Source: Eledone cirrhosa (Eukaryota). Taken from it: a DNA stretch of 64,000 bases. The translations under genes were made by a program, and so were the position numbers. Location of the stretch: NCBI GenBank assembly GCA_964016885.1, contig OZ024761.1:11904001-11968000 (forward strand), read 5' to 3'. This document shows, piece by piece, positions 1 through 12,247 of the stretch; the stretch's first letter is position 1, and each line of letters starts with the position of its first letter. Below the pieces are notes generated by a model. It saw only the letters and a program-made list of their open reading frames with translations, made no database searches and was not told where the DNA came from.

Positions 1-54
1 GTGTGTGTATGTATATGTATAAATATGTATATATAAATATGTATATATATATAT

Positions 55-386
55 GTATATATGTGAAGGGCTGGTGTGTGTATATATATATATATGTGAA
101 GGGCTGGTGTGTATGTATATGTATATATATATATCTATATATGTGAAGGGCTGGTGTGTATGTATATATATATGTATATATGTGAAGGGCTGGTGTGTAT
201 GTATATATGTATACATATATATGTGAAGGGCTGGTGTGTATGTATATGTATATATGTGTATATATATGTATGTGAAGGGCTGGTGTGTATATATATATGT
301 GTGTATATGTGTATATATATGTATGTGAAGGGCTGGTGTGTATATATATATGTGTGTGTATATATGTATGTGAAGGGCTGGTGTGT

Positions 387-417
<31 letters not shown>

Positions 418-440
418 TATATATGTATGTGAAGGGCTGG

Positions 441-475
<35 letters not shown>

Positions 476-1703
476 GTGAAGGGCTGGTGTATATATATAT
501 ATATATATATATGTGTGTATATATGTATGTGAAGGGCTGGTGTGTATATATATATGTATATATATGTATATGAAGGGCTGGTGTGTATATCATCATCATC
601 ATCATTTCATTTTACGTCCGCTTTTCCCTGCTTGCAAGGGTGGGACGGGAACTGATTCTGGCTTGATTTCTACAGCTGGATGCCCTTCCTAACACCAACC
701 TCATTTACAGTGAGTGCTGGGTGCTTTTTTGCCGTGGCACCTACACGACCACTTTTGCAGTGGAATGATAAGGACCTCAGTCCCTATCATCTCATTTCTA
801 CAGCTGAGTAAACTGGAGCAATGTGAAATAAAGTGTCTTGCTCAAGGAAACAACACACCACTCGGTCTGAGAATTGAACTCACAACCTTTCGATTGCAAG
901 GCCAATGCTCTAACCACTAAGCCATGTGCCTCTATATATATATGTATATATATGTATATGAAGGGCTGGTGTGTATATATATATGTATATATATGTATGT
1001 GAAGGGCTGGTGTGTATATATATATGTATATATATGTATATGAAGGGCTGGTGTGTATATATATATATGTATATATATATGTATATGAAGGGCTGGTGTG
1101 TATATATATATATGTATATATATGTATATGAAGGGCTGGTGTGTATATATATATGTATATATATGTATATGAAGGGCTGGTGTGTATATATATATGTATA
1201 TATATGTATATGAAGGGCTGGTGTGTATATATATATGTATATATATGTATATGAAGGGCTGGTGTGTATATATATATGTATATATATGTATATGAAGGGC
1301 TGGTGTGTATATATATATATGTATATATATGTATATGAAGGGCTGGTGTGTATATATATATGTATGTGAAGGGCTGGTGTGTATATATATATGTATATAT
1401 ATGTATGTGAAGGGCTGGTGTGTATATATATGTATATATATGTATGTGAAGGGCTGGTGTGTATATATATATGTATATATATGTATGTGAAGGGCTGGTG
1501 TGTATATATATGTATATATATGTATGTGAAGGGCTGGTGTGTATATATATATGTATATATATGTATGTGAAGGGCTGGTGTGTATATATATATGTGTATA
1601 TATGTATATGAAGGGCTGGTGTGTATATATATATGTATATATATGTATATGAAGGGCTGGTGTGTATATATATGTGTATATATATGTATGTGAAGGGCTG
1701 GTG
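55..1703. repeat. Minisatellite: GAAGGGCTGGTGTG core plus variable (TA)n/(TG)n spacer, interrupted by a SINE at 591-930
   Basis: Core recurs every ~35-55 bp on both sides of the SINE; last core runs into unique sequence at ~1703. Confidence 0.95.
591..930 (-). mobile_element. tRNA-derived SINE family A (tRNA head, CORE-like centre, RTE-derived tail)
   Basis: Minus strand GGCACATGGCTTAGTGGTTAGAGC (A box), GAGTTCAATTC (B box), TCCTTGAGCAAGACACTT, tail CCCACCCTTGCAAGCAGGGAAAAGCGGACGTAAAATGAAA(TGA)n; further copies in window. Confidence 0.9.
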
Positions 1704-1820
1704 ATGTTCCATACTCCAGCATTGTCTTATCTCTTAGATCAAATTTATTTACTTTCTAAACCTCTTGTCATCATCATCATCATCATATATATTTTCAAAC
1801 TTAGACTCCCTCTGAACATA

Positions 1821-1862
<42 letters not shown>

Positions 1863-1875
1863 CATTAGTACTGCA

Positions 1876-1908
<33 letters not shown>

Positions 1909-2235
1909 GCTGCTGCTACTACTACTACCATTAGTACTGCAGCTACTACTACTACTACCATTAGTACTACTACTACTGCTGCTGCTGCTACTATTACTAC
2001 CATTAGTACTGCTACTACTACTACAACTATTACCACTACCACCATCACTACTACGTTTTAGCACTTGTGCGACCTATATGTTCGACTACTACCACAACCA
2101 CCACCACTACCACCAAAACCACTACCACCACCACTACTACTACCACTGCCACTACTACCACCACCACCACCACTATTACTATCACCACCACTACTACTAT
2201 CACCACCAAAACCACTACCACCACCACTACTACTC
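1821..2235. repeat. (CTA)n/(CTG)n/(CCA)n trinucleotide low-complexity tract
   Basis: Directly visible. Confidence 0.95.
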
Positions 2236-2336
2236 ATAATGGTTTCTAATATTGGCACAAGGCCACATTGTTTTTGCTTACTTTTTTGCCGTGTGGAGGG
2301 CGGGGTGGGGGGTAGCAGTATTGTTGATTACCTCCA

Positions 2337-2374
<38 letters not shown>

Positions 2375-2522
2375 GTATTTGCCCGGCCCTTTATTTAACC
2401 GACCCCAAGATTTCTTTATGTAAAAAAAATCTCCCTATTTTGCCTCATTTCTCCCCGTTTTGGGCCACTTTTTTGTCATGGTACCCCCCCCCCCCCCATT
2501 TGGTTTTTTTTTTTTACATGTG

Positions 2523-2724
2523 TACGAGAGCCGGTTGAGAAGTTCAAAGGCTGACTATGAAAGAGTGATGCTAGAGCTGTGAAATCTTGCAAGCATTAAT
2601 TTCAACAATTCTTATTAATAACTGCATTGTTTCTTTCCAGGAGCTATGTTGAAAAATAAACCTCATTTGGTCATTCCATGAGAGTATCTTGGTCAGCCTA
2701 TGAAATTTTCAGCCGACCCTTGTA
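2523..2724 (+). mobile_element. Mariner-type MITE / deletion derivative
   Basis: Imperfect TIRs TACGAGAGCCGGTTGAGAA ... TTTTCAGCCGACCCTTGTA with TA ends; internal TATGTTGAAAAATAA encodes the mariner transposase C-terminus YVEK*. Confidence 0.7.
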
Positions 2725-2875
2725 TACAGTATATGTGTGTGTGTGTGTATGTTTTGCCTTTCAACTTTCCGGTGTCAATAAAATAAAGTAACAGTGAAAA
2801 TGTTAGTCCGATATATTCGGCTGCTGTAACCTTCCTTATAAATGTGTGGCTTTGTGCTAATATAAGAAATCAATT

Positions 2876-3050
2876 GGCAGTATCGGTAGAGGGTTGGACG
2901 CCATGTTTTCTAGCATAGTTACGTCCCTTTACAGTCTGAGTTCAAATCCCCCGAGGTTAACTTTGCCTTTCATCCTTACGGGGTCGATAAAATAAAGTAC
3001 CAGTAATGTACTGTGTAATTGCTGGCCTTGTGCCTAAAGTAGAAACTGTT
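2876..3050 (+). mobile_element. tRNA-derived SINE family B (GCCTTTCATCC...GTCGATAAAATAAAGTACCAG core)
   Basis: Head GGCAGTATCGGTAGAG, B box GAGTTCAAATC, tail GGCCTTGTGCCTAAAGTAGAAAC. Other copies or fragments near 3170-3300(-), 22215-22395(-), 31562-31740(+), 34550-34660(+), 39205-39500(+), 53990-54435(-), 58545-58800, 61350-61700(-). Confidence 0.85.
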
Positions 3051-3620
3051 ATTACAGCCACTAATAATTACTAAAGTAACGAATAGTGAGTCTTGGTGGT
3101 TGTTGAACCTTCTAGAACTAGCAGCTAAAATCTTCCTTAATTCTCATCGTAAGGTCTTAAATAATCATTTCTACTATTAGGCACAAGGCCAGCAATTTTG
3201 AGGGAGAAGGGAAAGTCGATTAAATCGATCTCCAGTGTATTACTGGTGCCTTATTTTATCGATCCCGTAAGGATGATAGGCAAAGCTAACCTCGGTAGAA
3301 TAATAAAGGGAGTCATATTAGACAAAATAGCCCGACATAGCACCTGTCTTTCACTAGTTCCAACCCACGGAACTGGGGCCATGCTGTGGCACCGCCATTT
3401 GTAGTACGATGTCTTTAAATATTTATGCATATATTCACACACACACACACACATATATATATGGAATAACAAGTTTTCGTTATAGGTAGCCTGGTTAGAG
3501 TACTCTGCGTCGTGGATGGTTTTAACGTACGGCTTTGTTTGACTCACCAAGATGCTTCCATAGTTATGCAGTGAGTTCGCAGTAATTTCTATGCAGGTTA
3601 TACTTGGAGTAATAAAATTT

Positions 3621-3912
3621 AGAGAAAGAAGAGTAACATGGTTGACTGTACAATAAGGGGCTTTATTTAAAGTACTGACAATTGTTTCGTTGATCAGGTG
3701 TGTATAGAGTTCGCTAATCGCTTTGCCAACACATCAAGGCACATAGATATTTATGTGCCCTGATGTGTTGGCAAGTGGTAAACATTGTATTGGAGATCGA
3801 TTGACGCAACCTCAAGCGATTAGCGAACTCTAGACACACCTGATCAACGAAACAATTGTCAGTACTTTAAATAAAGCCTTTATTGTACAGCCAACCATGT
3901 TACTCTTTTCTC
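3621..3912. repeat. Inverted duplication with degenerate HHR-like motif in each arm
   Basis: 3621-3745 is the near reverse complement of 3750-3912 (one ~40 bp insertion); CTGATGT GTTGG...TCAAC GAA ACAATTGT C followed by AATAAA. Confidence 0.75.
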
Positions 3913-4063
3913 TCTCCCTCTCTCTATATACATACATACATATATCTGTATGTAGTTGACGGTCGAGAGTAAAGAGTACTCAATACCGAAGTTGGTGACC
4001 TTGTAAGAAGCTGGCGAAACTCCAGAGTAACAAGACTCACTATTTAGCCTTAATAATATATAT

Positions 4064-4272
4064 ATAGGAAAAAGTATGATCCCGACGGCAGAGCTCAAGC
4101 CGTTTCGACGGCTATTTCTGGACTAAATTCAATTTAGTCCAGAAATAGCCATCGAAACGGCTTGAGCTCTGCCGTCGAGGTCATACTTTTTCCTATTTCC
4201 CACTCTACTACCCTAAGTATTGAGTACTCTGGTGCGTTATGGTCCATCTGGTTCCTTACCACAATTCCTTTG

Positions 4273-4274
<2 letters not shown>
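4064..4274. mobile_element. HHR family F1 element: palindrome 4064-4196 (centre 4130) plus 3' tail, in (TA)n
   Basis: Both arms carry the HHR 3' half GAA-ACGGC-ttgagctct-GCCGT-C. Other copies at ~11310, 12305-12365, 41000-41155, 44803-44990, 58298-58410, 59545-59665. Confidence 0.75.
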
Positions 4275-4320
<46 letters not shown>

Positions 4321-4404
4321 AAATATACATGTAACTACATAGACAAATATATATCTGTACATTCGCTCCTATGATGAATGTAGAGTGTATAACATTCAGA
4401 GATG

Positions 4405-4440
<36 letters not shown>

Positions 4441-4749
4441 GCTAACTTTATATATATATATATACACACGCTAACTTTATACATCGATGTCTGTACACGC
4501 TAATTTCATTATTATTATATACACACATAAAATAAAGTACCAGTAATGCACTGATTAATTGCTGGCCTTGTGCCTAAAGTAGAAACAATTATTATATACA
4601 CACATTTTAGACCTAATACACACACGTAACTTTATGTATGCGTACATACACACTGAAAAATGTATATATCCATAATGTATATATGTTTATATCTACATAC
4701 ATACAAACAAACAAGCGTATATATGTATGCATGTGTGTGAGTGTACGTG

Positions 4750-4801
<52 letters not shown>

Positions 4802-5529
4802 AGTGTGTATGCATATATATGTATATATGTATGTGTATATATACACATATATGTGTGCGTGTGTGTAATAGATGTGAGGCTGTAGGAGTTTCGTGCTTAA
4901 AAGCCTTTTTTTTTTCAAAACAGTTGTGAAAACTCCATTTAAGCACGAAATATGTGAGAGACGGTTTAGTGGTATAGCTTCGCAGTTATACCAGAGAACA
5001 CGGTGAGATTCTAACAGGAAACTGTACTAGTTTCTCCCACATTGTGGAATGGCAGAATAATTCCAACGAGTCAAAACCGAGAGGATGTCTCTACTATGAG
5101 GTCACTCGACTTACTAGAAAGAACAGCTAAATCGCTCCTTCAAATCACACCTCCAACCCAACCGTTTTAAGCTGTAAAATAACCTATTCTATAATGTGGT
5201 CCTATAATATGCCGAGATAGAACAAATATTTTTAAAAAAAGGACTGGGAAAATCTATATTCCTGGATGTCTTTGATTATAGGTCTACAACAACCAGGCTT
5301 TACCTGGGGTTAAACGCGAGCAGTAAATTGTGATCGGTGTTTAGTTTAAACCAGTGACAGCTTTTCATATTGACTTCATTCTGTCGTTGACAATTGATCC
5401 TACTGAGAATCAATTTGATCGACTTTACACCAACCAGAAACTACTGATAAGGTTATGTCAACGTCACCGCCCCCGCCCCCTCTCTTCTTACACTCCACCA
5501 CGCCCAAATCATCCAGCTATGAACCTACA

Positions 5530-5722
5530 CTATCTAGGGTTCAGTTGTAAGACCCTGAACAAGATGGTTGGATAACATCCATGAGCTTGGCTGGTCTTGC
5601 TTGAGGATTCAGCCGGATCAGTTAGAGACGGTTGCTTCTGACAGGACCAGCTGGAAGGAGTGTTTAAGGACTCTGCCCCCGTCACCCCCTCAGGAATAAG
5701 TGGGCGAAGAAGAAGAAGAAAA
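5530..5722 (+). mobile_element. Decayed 3' end of an RTE-like LINE
   Basis: Encodes RWLDNI...VASDRTSWK-like terminus, ends in (AAG)n; related copy at ~62060-62210. Confidence 0.55.
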
Positions 5723-5857
5723 AAGTTTGGAAAAAGGCAATAATTTTGTTAGCTTTTAGGGAGTATGAAATTTGCAACAGCTGAAAGAAATTATAGTGAC
5801 GATGATCCACTGGACGTGTAATGTCAACATACATGAACAACAGAGTATATATAAACT

Positions 5858-5903
<46 letters not shown>

Positions 5904-7524
5904 AATGAGGTGTATTGTGTGAGAGAGATGACTGCACTGGTATGGCAGTATGAGCATATGTAGATAATGTCAATTGTTTAAAGAAGTGCCATTCACTTGA
6001 GGTGGATGGGACCCTTGAAAGAGGGTGACTAAAGAAGACATAAGATGATGTGGTGAAGATTAAACTGATGAAGGGTCTTCATGACTGGTGAAACACTGGG
6101 CTGGGGAAGTCTCAGTCACACTTGTAGGAGTTTATAACAGTAGGATATCCTACATAGAAACCTTTTTGTTTTGTTGGTTTGTAAGAAATATGTTTTATTC
6201 CACAAGGAAATTATAGTGTGTTATGTAAATGTTTCACGATCCCTGGGGACTACATAATAAATATATTACCCCGAAGGGTGAGAAAAGAGATGTGCTGAAA
6301 GAGCCAGTCCATCTTACACGACTTGTTCTTGTGGTTGACAGCCATGTCCATTCTGACTGAACTGACTAGGGACTAGAGAGGTCCTTCAGTGGTACTTAAG
6401 ACCCCAGATGTTTTCCCTGCTGTAGGTTTGACAAGAAATCTATCAGAGATCAGCTGGGACTGGAGCGGTCCTTCAGAAATCTATCAGAGATCAGCTGCTA
6501 CTTTGTCAGCTTGTGACCCCCAACTTGTTGGATGGTGAAACCTGAGTCAGGCGCTGATTTTACCAGGTTACCACTGGCGGAAATGATCAATGTGGGTTGC
6601 ATTTCAGATGAAAGACTTGCTGCCTCAGAACAGAAAGATTGTGATACTGTATGGCCTGCTGTCATCCGATCAGACTAACTAACTACCCACATTGACTATA
6701 GATGCAATGGAAAAGTAGCTGTGTCAAAACCAGGTTTAATCAAATGGACAGCAGCATACCAAGAGAAGCTGGTAGTGCTGAGAGGACTGGGTGCATTTTA
6801 TTGTGGCACCAGCACTACCACTTTACAGAGTGTGCTGGCTACATGTTATCATGACACTAACACTAGAGAGGTTGTCAAATACTTGGTAAGATCTGGAACA
6901 GAATCTATAGAGTTGTAAGTTTCCAGCTGTAGAAGACATACCAAACAAAGGGCCTTGAGTTGTGTCAAAACATGACAGCCTCCCTAGTACTTGTGCCATT
7001 ATAAAATGCACTTGGTAGAGCATTGGAGTATATGTAAGTAAGAATGTGAGCTTCCTCTCTGTCTGGGGGGTCAGTAGACCCACTTCAGTACTGACTGTCT
7101 GTGAAGACCCATCCAACTCTTGCTAGCAGGGAAAGTGGATGTTAAATGACGATGATGAGAATATTGAAGAACTTGTCTTTCAGGAAGGGGGTATCAATGA
7201 AATAAAGCATCAGTTTGTGGAGCAGGGATCGGCGGGACTGTTATTGAGTAAGAGGGGACAGTTTGTGGTATCTGTCGCAGGTCTGTACATTCTGAATTCC
7301 AATCCTACCACCTGTTACCAACAGAACTGATAATTCTTCTGCCAGGAGTTGTCACAGATAGTATCTGCAATGGAAAGACCAATGGAAACATTGTTATTTA
7401 TCTGATCTGACAATCAGCTCCTTTCTTCTGCCAGGAGTTGTCACTGTCAGATAGTATCAGCAGTGCAAACGTTGTTTATTTCGTCTAATCTGACAATCAG
7501 CCCCTTTCTTCTGTCATGAGTATC

Positions 7525-8733
7525 TGGTCAGAATTCTCTCACCTTTTTCTTTCCAAATCGACTGTAATTGGCTGTTCATACCTACACTAATTTTTTATTC
7601 TCAAAATAAATAACATTAAAATCTCATAGATTTGATATTATGTGAGGTAAAGCCTTTACTGTGAAAATACAATAGTATATATAGAGTAATGTAAATGTTA
7701 TGTGAGATATTATGTGAGGTAAAGCCTTTACTGTGAAAATACAATAGTATATATAGAGTAATGTAAATGTTATGTGAGATATTATGTGAGGTAAAGCCTT
7801 TACTGTGAAAATACAATAGTATATATAGAGTAATGTAAATGTTATGTGAGATATTATGTGAGGTAAAGCCTTTACTGTGAAAATACAATAGTATATATAG
7901 AGTAATGTAAATGTTATGTGAGATATTATGTGAGGTAAAGCCTTTACTGTGAAAATACAATAGTATATATAGAGTAATGTAGATGTTATGTGAGGTATTA
8001 TGTTAGGTAAAGTCTTTACTGTGAAAATACAATAGTATATATAGAGTAATGTAAATGTTATGTGAGATATTATGTGAGGTAAAGCCTTTACTGTGAAAAT
8101 ACAATAGTATATATAGAGTAATGTAGATGTTATGTGAGGTAAAGTCTTTACTGTGAAAATACAATAGTATATATAGAGTAATGTAAATGTTATGTGAGAT
8201 ATTATGTGAGGTAAAGCCTTTACTGTGAAAATACAATAGTATATATAGAGTAATGTAGATGTTATGTGAGGTAAAGTCTTTACTGTGAAAATACAATAGT
8301 ATATATAGAGTAATGTAGATATTATGTGAGGTAAAGCCTTTACTGTGAAAATACAATAGTATATATAGAGTAATGTAGATATTATGTGAGGTAAAGTCTT
8401 TACTGTGAAAATACAATAGTATATATAGAGTAATGTAAATGTTATGTGAGATATTATGTGAGGTAAAGCCTTTAATCTGAAAACATAATAGTATATATAT
8501 ATCAGGCATGTCAAACTGAGGGTCCCCCAAGTACCATATGGGTCACATGAGTTGTTTGAGGGCCAAACACGACAACTAATTGCTCATAATACAACTGATT
8601 TTTTAAATTTTATATTACAAAGATAAAACATGTTCGTGCTGTAAAAACCTTTGTGTGGGCCATAAGTGTGCTAGTAAATGGCTGCATGTTGGACATGCCT
8701 GATGTATAGAGTAATGTAAATGCTAAAGGGTTA
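7525..8733. mobile_element. piggyBac-like (TTAA) MITE with internal 60/72-bp tandem array
   Basis: Ends AAATGCTAAAGGGTTAA; array ~7635-8500 of unit TATGTGAGGTAAAGCCTTTACTGTGAAAATACAATAGTATATATAGAGTAATGTAAATGT(TATGTGAGATAT); homologues at 34482-34773 and 52920-53922. Confidence 0.7.
8503..8701. mobile_element. hAT (Charlie-like) MITE nested in last array unit
   Basis: TIRs CAGGCATGTCAAAC / GTTGGACATGCCTG; degenerate 8-bp flanks ATATATAT / ATGTATAG; host repeat resumes after it. Confidence 0.75.
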
Positions 8734-9046
8734 AAGGGATTCCTCTGTATTGGTGCAATCTCTCTCATCCCTAAAGCTTGCTGTGCTGTCAGCACATTCG
8801 GAGCGACTGCTCCGCTGTCATTTGCACGCTGTGCATCAATTTCGCTCATCTGTTTCCACTCTCATCACCATTCACTGGTGCATACATGTGTAGTTGGACT
8901 GCAGAGTTCTGTGCCTGTCACCACACTGTCACAGTGGGGCGGTTTGCATCATGGTGCACCTTGTTGCGGTTACATGCCAACCTCACAGTTTCCCATATAT
9001 ATATATATATATACATACACATACACATATATATATATATATATGT

Positions 9047-9086
<40 letters not shown>

Positions 9087-9201
9087 GCACACACATATAT
9101 ATATATATATACATATGCACACACATATATATATATATATACATATGCACACACATATATATATATATATATACATATGTACATACACACATTTTATATA
9201 T

Positions 9202-9458
9202 CATCATCATCATTATCATCTTTGTTTAACGTCTATCTTCCACTAGCATGGGTTAGACGGGAGTTGTCCCACTTGAGATAAGATTGGTCAGGTGACCATG
9301 TCTCGCTCATATAGGACTATCTGGCAGGTTTTCTACGGCTGGATGCCCTTCCTAACACCAACCACATTTACAGTGTGGAACTGGGAACTTTTTACCATGT
9401 TACCTACACGGCCACATTACAGCGTGGACTGTGTTTTTTTCTCGTGACACCTACACGA
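9202..9458 (-). mobile_element. 5'-truncated RTE LINE 3' UTR copy
   Basis: (CAT)n tail, TTTAACGTC...CCACTAGCATGGGTTAGACGGG, GGATGCCCTTCCTAACACCAACC as in LINE 3' UTRs at 16250-16550 and 24680-25190. Similar pieces at 14180-14290, 21278-21555, 22558-22724, 30587-30770, 31899-32298. Confidence 0.85.
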
Positions 9459-9499
9459 TATGTATATATATATATATATACACACACACACGCAGACAT

Positions 9500-9536
<37 letters not shown>

Positions 9537-9691
9537 ACACGCAGACATTATAAATGTATATATATATATACTTAGGGTAGTAGAGTGGGTAATAGGAAAA
9601 TATGGGGTCATACATTTTCCTATTACCAGGGTCATACATTTTCCTATTACCGAGGTCATACATTTTTCTATATCTATCTATCTATATATAT

Positions 9692-10683
9692 ATATTGTTA
9701 TACTTGGGGAGGGTCATATTGTAATAATATTGCCAGAAATAATAACAGAACACACTCACTGTTTGGTTGGTTTTCACTTCTGTATCTTTTATATCTCCAC
9801 AGTTAATTCATTTGGTCCTCAATGTTTATCATTGACTGACCAACGGTCAAAAATACAGATATAAACATAGATATAAAAATACAGATATAAACACATATAT
9901 ATAGTCTAACAAAGTTCTTTCGTTGCACATCTGCAACATCATCAGTGGTACTATTATGTTCCTCCTGTTGTATTGTATGTCAACGCCATTTTTATTTTAT
10001 CTGTTTATTTATTTATTTATTTATATTTATCTTAAGTCAGTATTGTTTGGGTATTGTTGTTATTCCATTCATTCTTTCTGTTCAGCTTTGCCCTCTAAGC
10101 TCTATTTCACTTGCCTCTCAAGGGTCATTTCTATGTTTAGATATTATTTTAATTTCTATGTTGTCTATGTTACCGCCATGTTGTCTGGTGTGTACTGAAC
10201 CGTTTTTTCATCCTTTTAATTCCCCCCAGTGTTGGTCTATCCTTTCACCTATGCTACGAGCTGTCTCACCTATGTATGTTGTTGTCATGTTTCTGCAAGT
10301 ACCTTCTGTACATCTTATGCTATAGACTACGTTTCTAGTTTTACAGTTTATCCGGGGGTTTACTTTACATATGATACATTTCCTGTTAGTACAGTGGATT
10401 TTCTTAAAAGGATATGTTTTGCTGATCAGGGATTTTATGGTAGTTCCTGGCTTTTCTACCACTTTAACCTTTAAGTGGGTCTTTCTCGGGGCCTTTCTAC
10501 ACTGGTTAGCTAATTTCCCTCCAGGGGTAGCTTCCATGAACATGACACTCTGGTATCTCTGGTTGTCGTACCATGAGGTGGCTTTCCCTATCTTATACTT
10601 AGTCCTATCTAAGCTATTCCATGATTTGCTCCTGTATAATGGGCAAATTTCTTTCATGTCCAGTTCTATGAGGGTCTTATACT
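9692..10683 (-). mobile_element. Penelope-like retroelement 3' portion (GIY-YIG endonuclease pseudogene plus HHR-bearing 3' region)
   Basis: Cys-rich linker HCTNRKCIIC..NCKTRNVVYSIRC and YIGETARSIGERIDQH (GIY-YIG); stop at 10208, frameshifted continuation to LNRKNEW...* near 10031; bounded by (TA)n on both sides. Confidence 0.85.
9901..9954 (-). ncRNA. Hammerhead-like motif in Penelope 3' region
   Basis: CTGATGA-T-GTTGCA gatg TGCAAC-GAAA; stems I and III imperfect; identical copy at 31041-31094(+). Confidence 0.55.
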
Positions 10684-11059
10684 TATATATATATATATAT
10701 ATATATATTAGTTTGCTTCCGAAATTCTGATGTAGACATAGGCACACACATATATCTATATATGTGGATGTGTGTCTGTCAGTTTATATATATAGGGTCA
10801 TCTGGAAAGGGCAGTACACTATATATATATGTCTATGTGTGTGTAGTATTGTTACATACTACTAATTAAAACAAGTGAGCAGATTAGACCGTTTAAAATT
10901 ATATCTATAAATTTTAGTGGGTTATCTTTAAACACTATATATTTATTTAGGTTTGTTGGAATATAACAGATAAAATCCATGGGGTTGAAAATCTGAGACA
11001 AGAGGATGACCGACCATTTAATAACTTCTACCTATATATATGTGTGTGGGGGGGGGGGG

Positions 11060-11165
11060 GATTGGTTAGAGAACTGGATTCGCAATCGTGAGGTTGACAG
11101 TTCGATTCCTGGACTGGGCGATGTGTTATGTCCTTGAGCAAGACACTTTACTTTCACGTTGCTTC
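11060..11165 (+). mobile_element. tRNA-headed SINE fragment with CORE-like segment
   Basis: TGGTTAGAG...GTTCGATTCC then GTCCTTGAGCAAGACACTT; related decayed copies at ~45560-45735(-) and ~62220-62380(-). Confidence 0.65.
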
Positions 11166-11264
11166 TTCTATCTGGAGTTGCGACTCATAGATAATATTAG
11201 CAATTGGAAAGACCAACGGAAACATTGTTTCCTCGGTCCGATTTGACGAAAGTCGATCGACCTC

Positions 11265-11300
<36 letters not shown>

Positions 11301-11356
11301 AATAGGTTCAGGACCCCGACGGCAGAGCTCAAGCCGTTTCGACGACTTAGTCTAGA

Positions 11357-11387
<31 letters not shown>

Positions 11388-11478
11388 TTATGTAATATTT
11401 ACACATGCACACATACATATATGTATGTATATATATATACATATATATATGTATATACATATATATATGTATATACAT

Positions 11479-11787
11479 GGAGGCACATGGCTTAGTGGTT
11501 AGAGCATTGGCCTTGCAATCGAAAGGTTGTGAGTTCTCAGACCGAGTGATGTGTTGTTTCCTTGAGCAAGACACTTTATTTCACATTGCTCCAGTTTACT
11601 CAGCTATAGAAATGAGATGATAGGGACTGGGGTCCCTATCATTCCACGGCAAAAAAGCACCCAGAACTCACTGTAAATGAGGTTGGTGTTAGGAAGGGCA
11701 TCCAGCTGTAGAAATCAAGCCAGAATCAGTTCCCGTCCCACCCTTGCAAGCAGGGAAAAAGCAGACGTAAAATGAAATGATGATGAT
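11479..11787 (+). mobile_element. SINE family A
   Basis: Homologous to 591-930 with small internal deletions; inside (TA)n. Confidence 0.9.
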
Positions 11788-11788
11788 A

Positions 11789-11848
<60 letters not shown>

Positions 11849-12126
11849 TGTGTGTGTGCTTGTGTAAATATTACATTTCTAAATTGAGTTAGTTAATGAC
11901 TAGTGAGAGAGACGAAGAGAGAAACTGCCATGGATTCAACACAACCTCGTTACTATAGGGTGTGTCAGTACTCTATAGAAACCCCGAAACCAACAAAGAC
12001 AAAACACGTGGATGACTGACTACAAAGAATATATATATATATACGTTATTCCGGGTTGAATCGGAGGTAACCACAGTAAGTAAGGTACTCAATACATTGC
12101 AGAGTATAAAAGTTTTAATATAGATG

Positions 12127-12177
12127 AGATTCTACAGGACTAGAACTGTTTCATTCTTTAGAAATCATCAGGAATCT
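12127..12177 (-). ncRNA. Type I hammerhead ribozyme, family F2
   Basis: Stem I AGATTC/GAATCT, CTGATGA, stem II TTC/GAA with U.U base, GAAA, stem III ACAG/CTGT, cleavage triplet GUA. Confidence 0.75.
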
Positions 12178-12200
12178 GTGTATCAAAAAAATAAATAAAT

Positions 12201-12247
12201 ATTCCTGATGATTTCTAAAGAATGAAACAGTTCTAGTCCTGTAGAAT
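12201..12247 (+). ncRNA. Type I hammerhead ribozyme, family F2 (inverted partner)
   Basis: Same core, stem I ATTC/GAAT; head-to-head with 12127-12177. Confidence 0.7.

Noticed and set aside
860-930. tRNA gene
   Set aside because: A/B boxes continue into a SINE body; no complete cloverleaf.
55-1703. CRISPR-like constant repeat with variable spacers
   Set aside because: Spacers are only (TA)/(TG) slippage variants; eukaryotic context, no cas genes.
6000-7500. Unique-looking region with short ORFs
   Set aside because: No recognisable motifs; probably old decayed repeat DNA, cannot be assigned.
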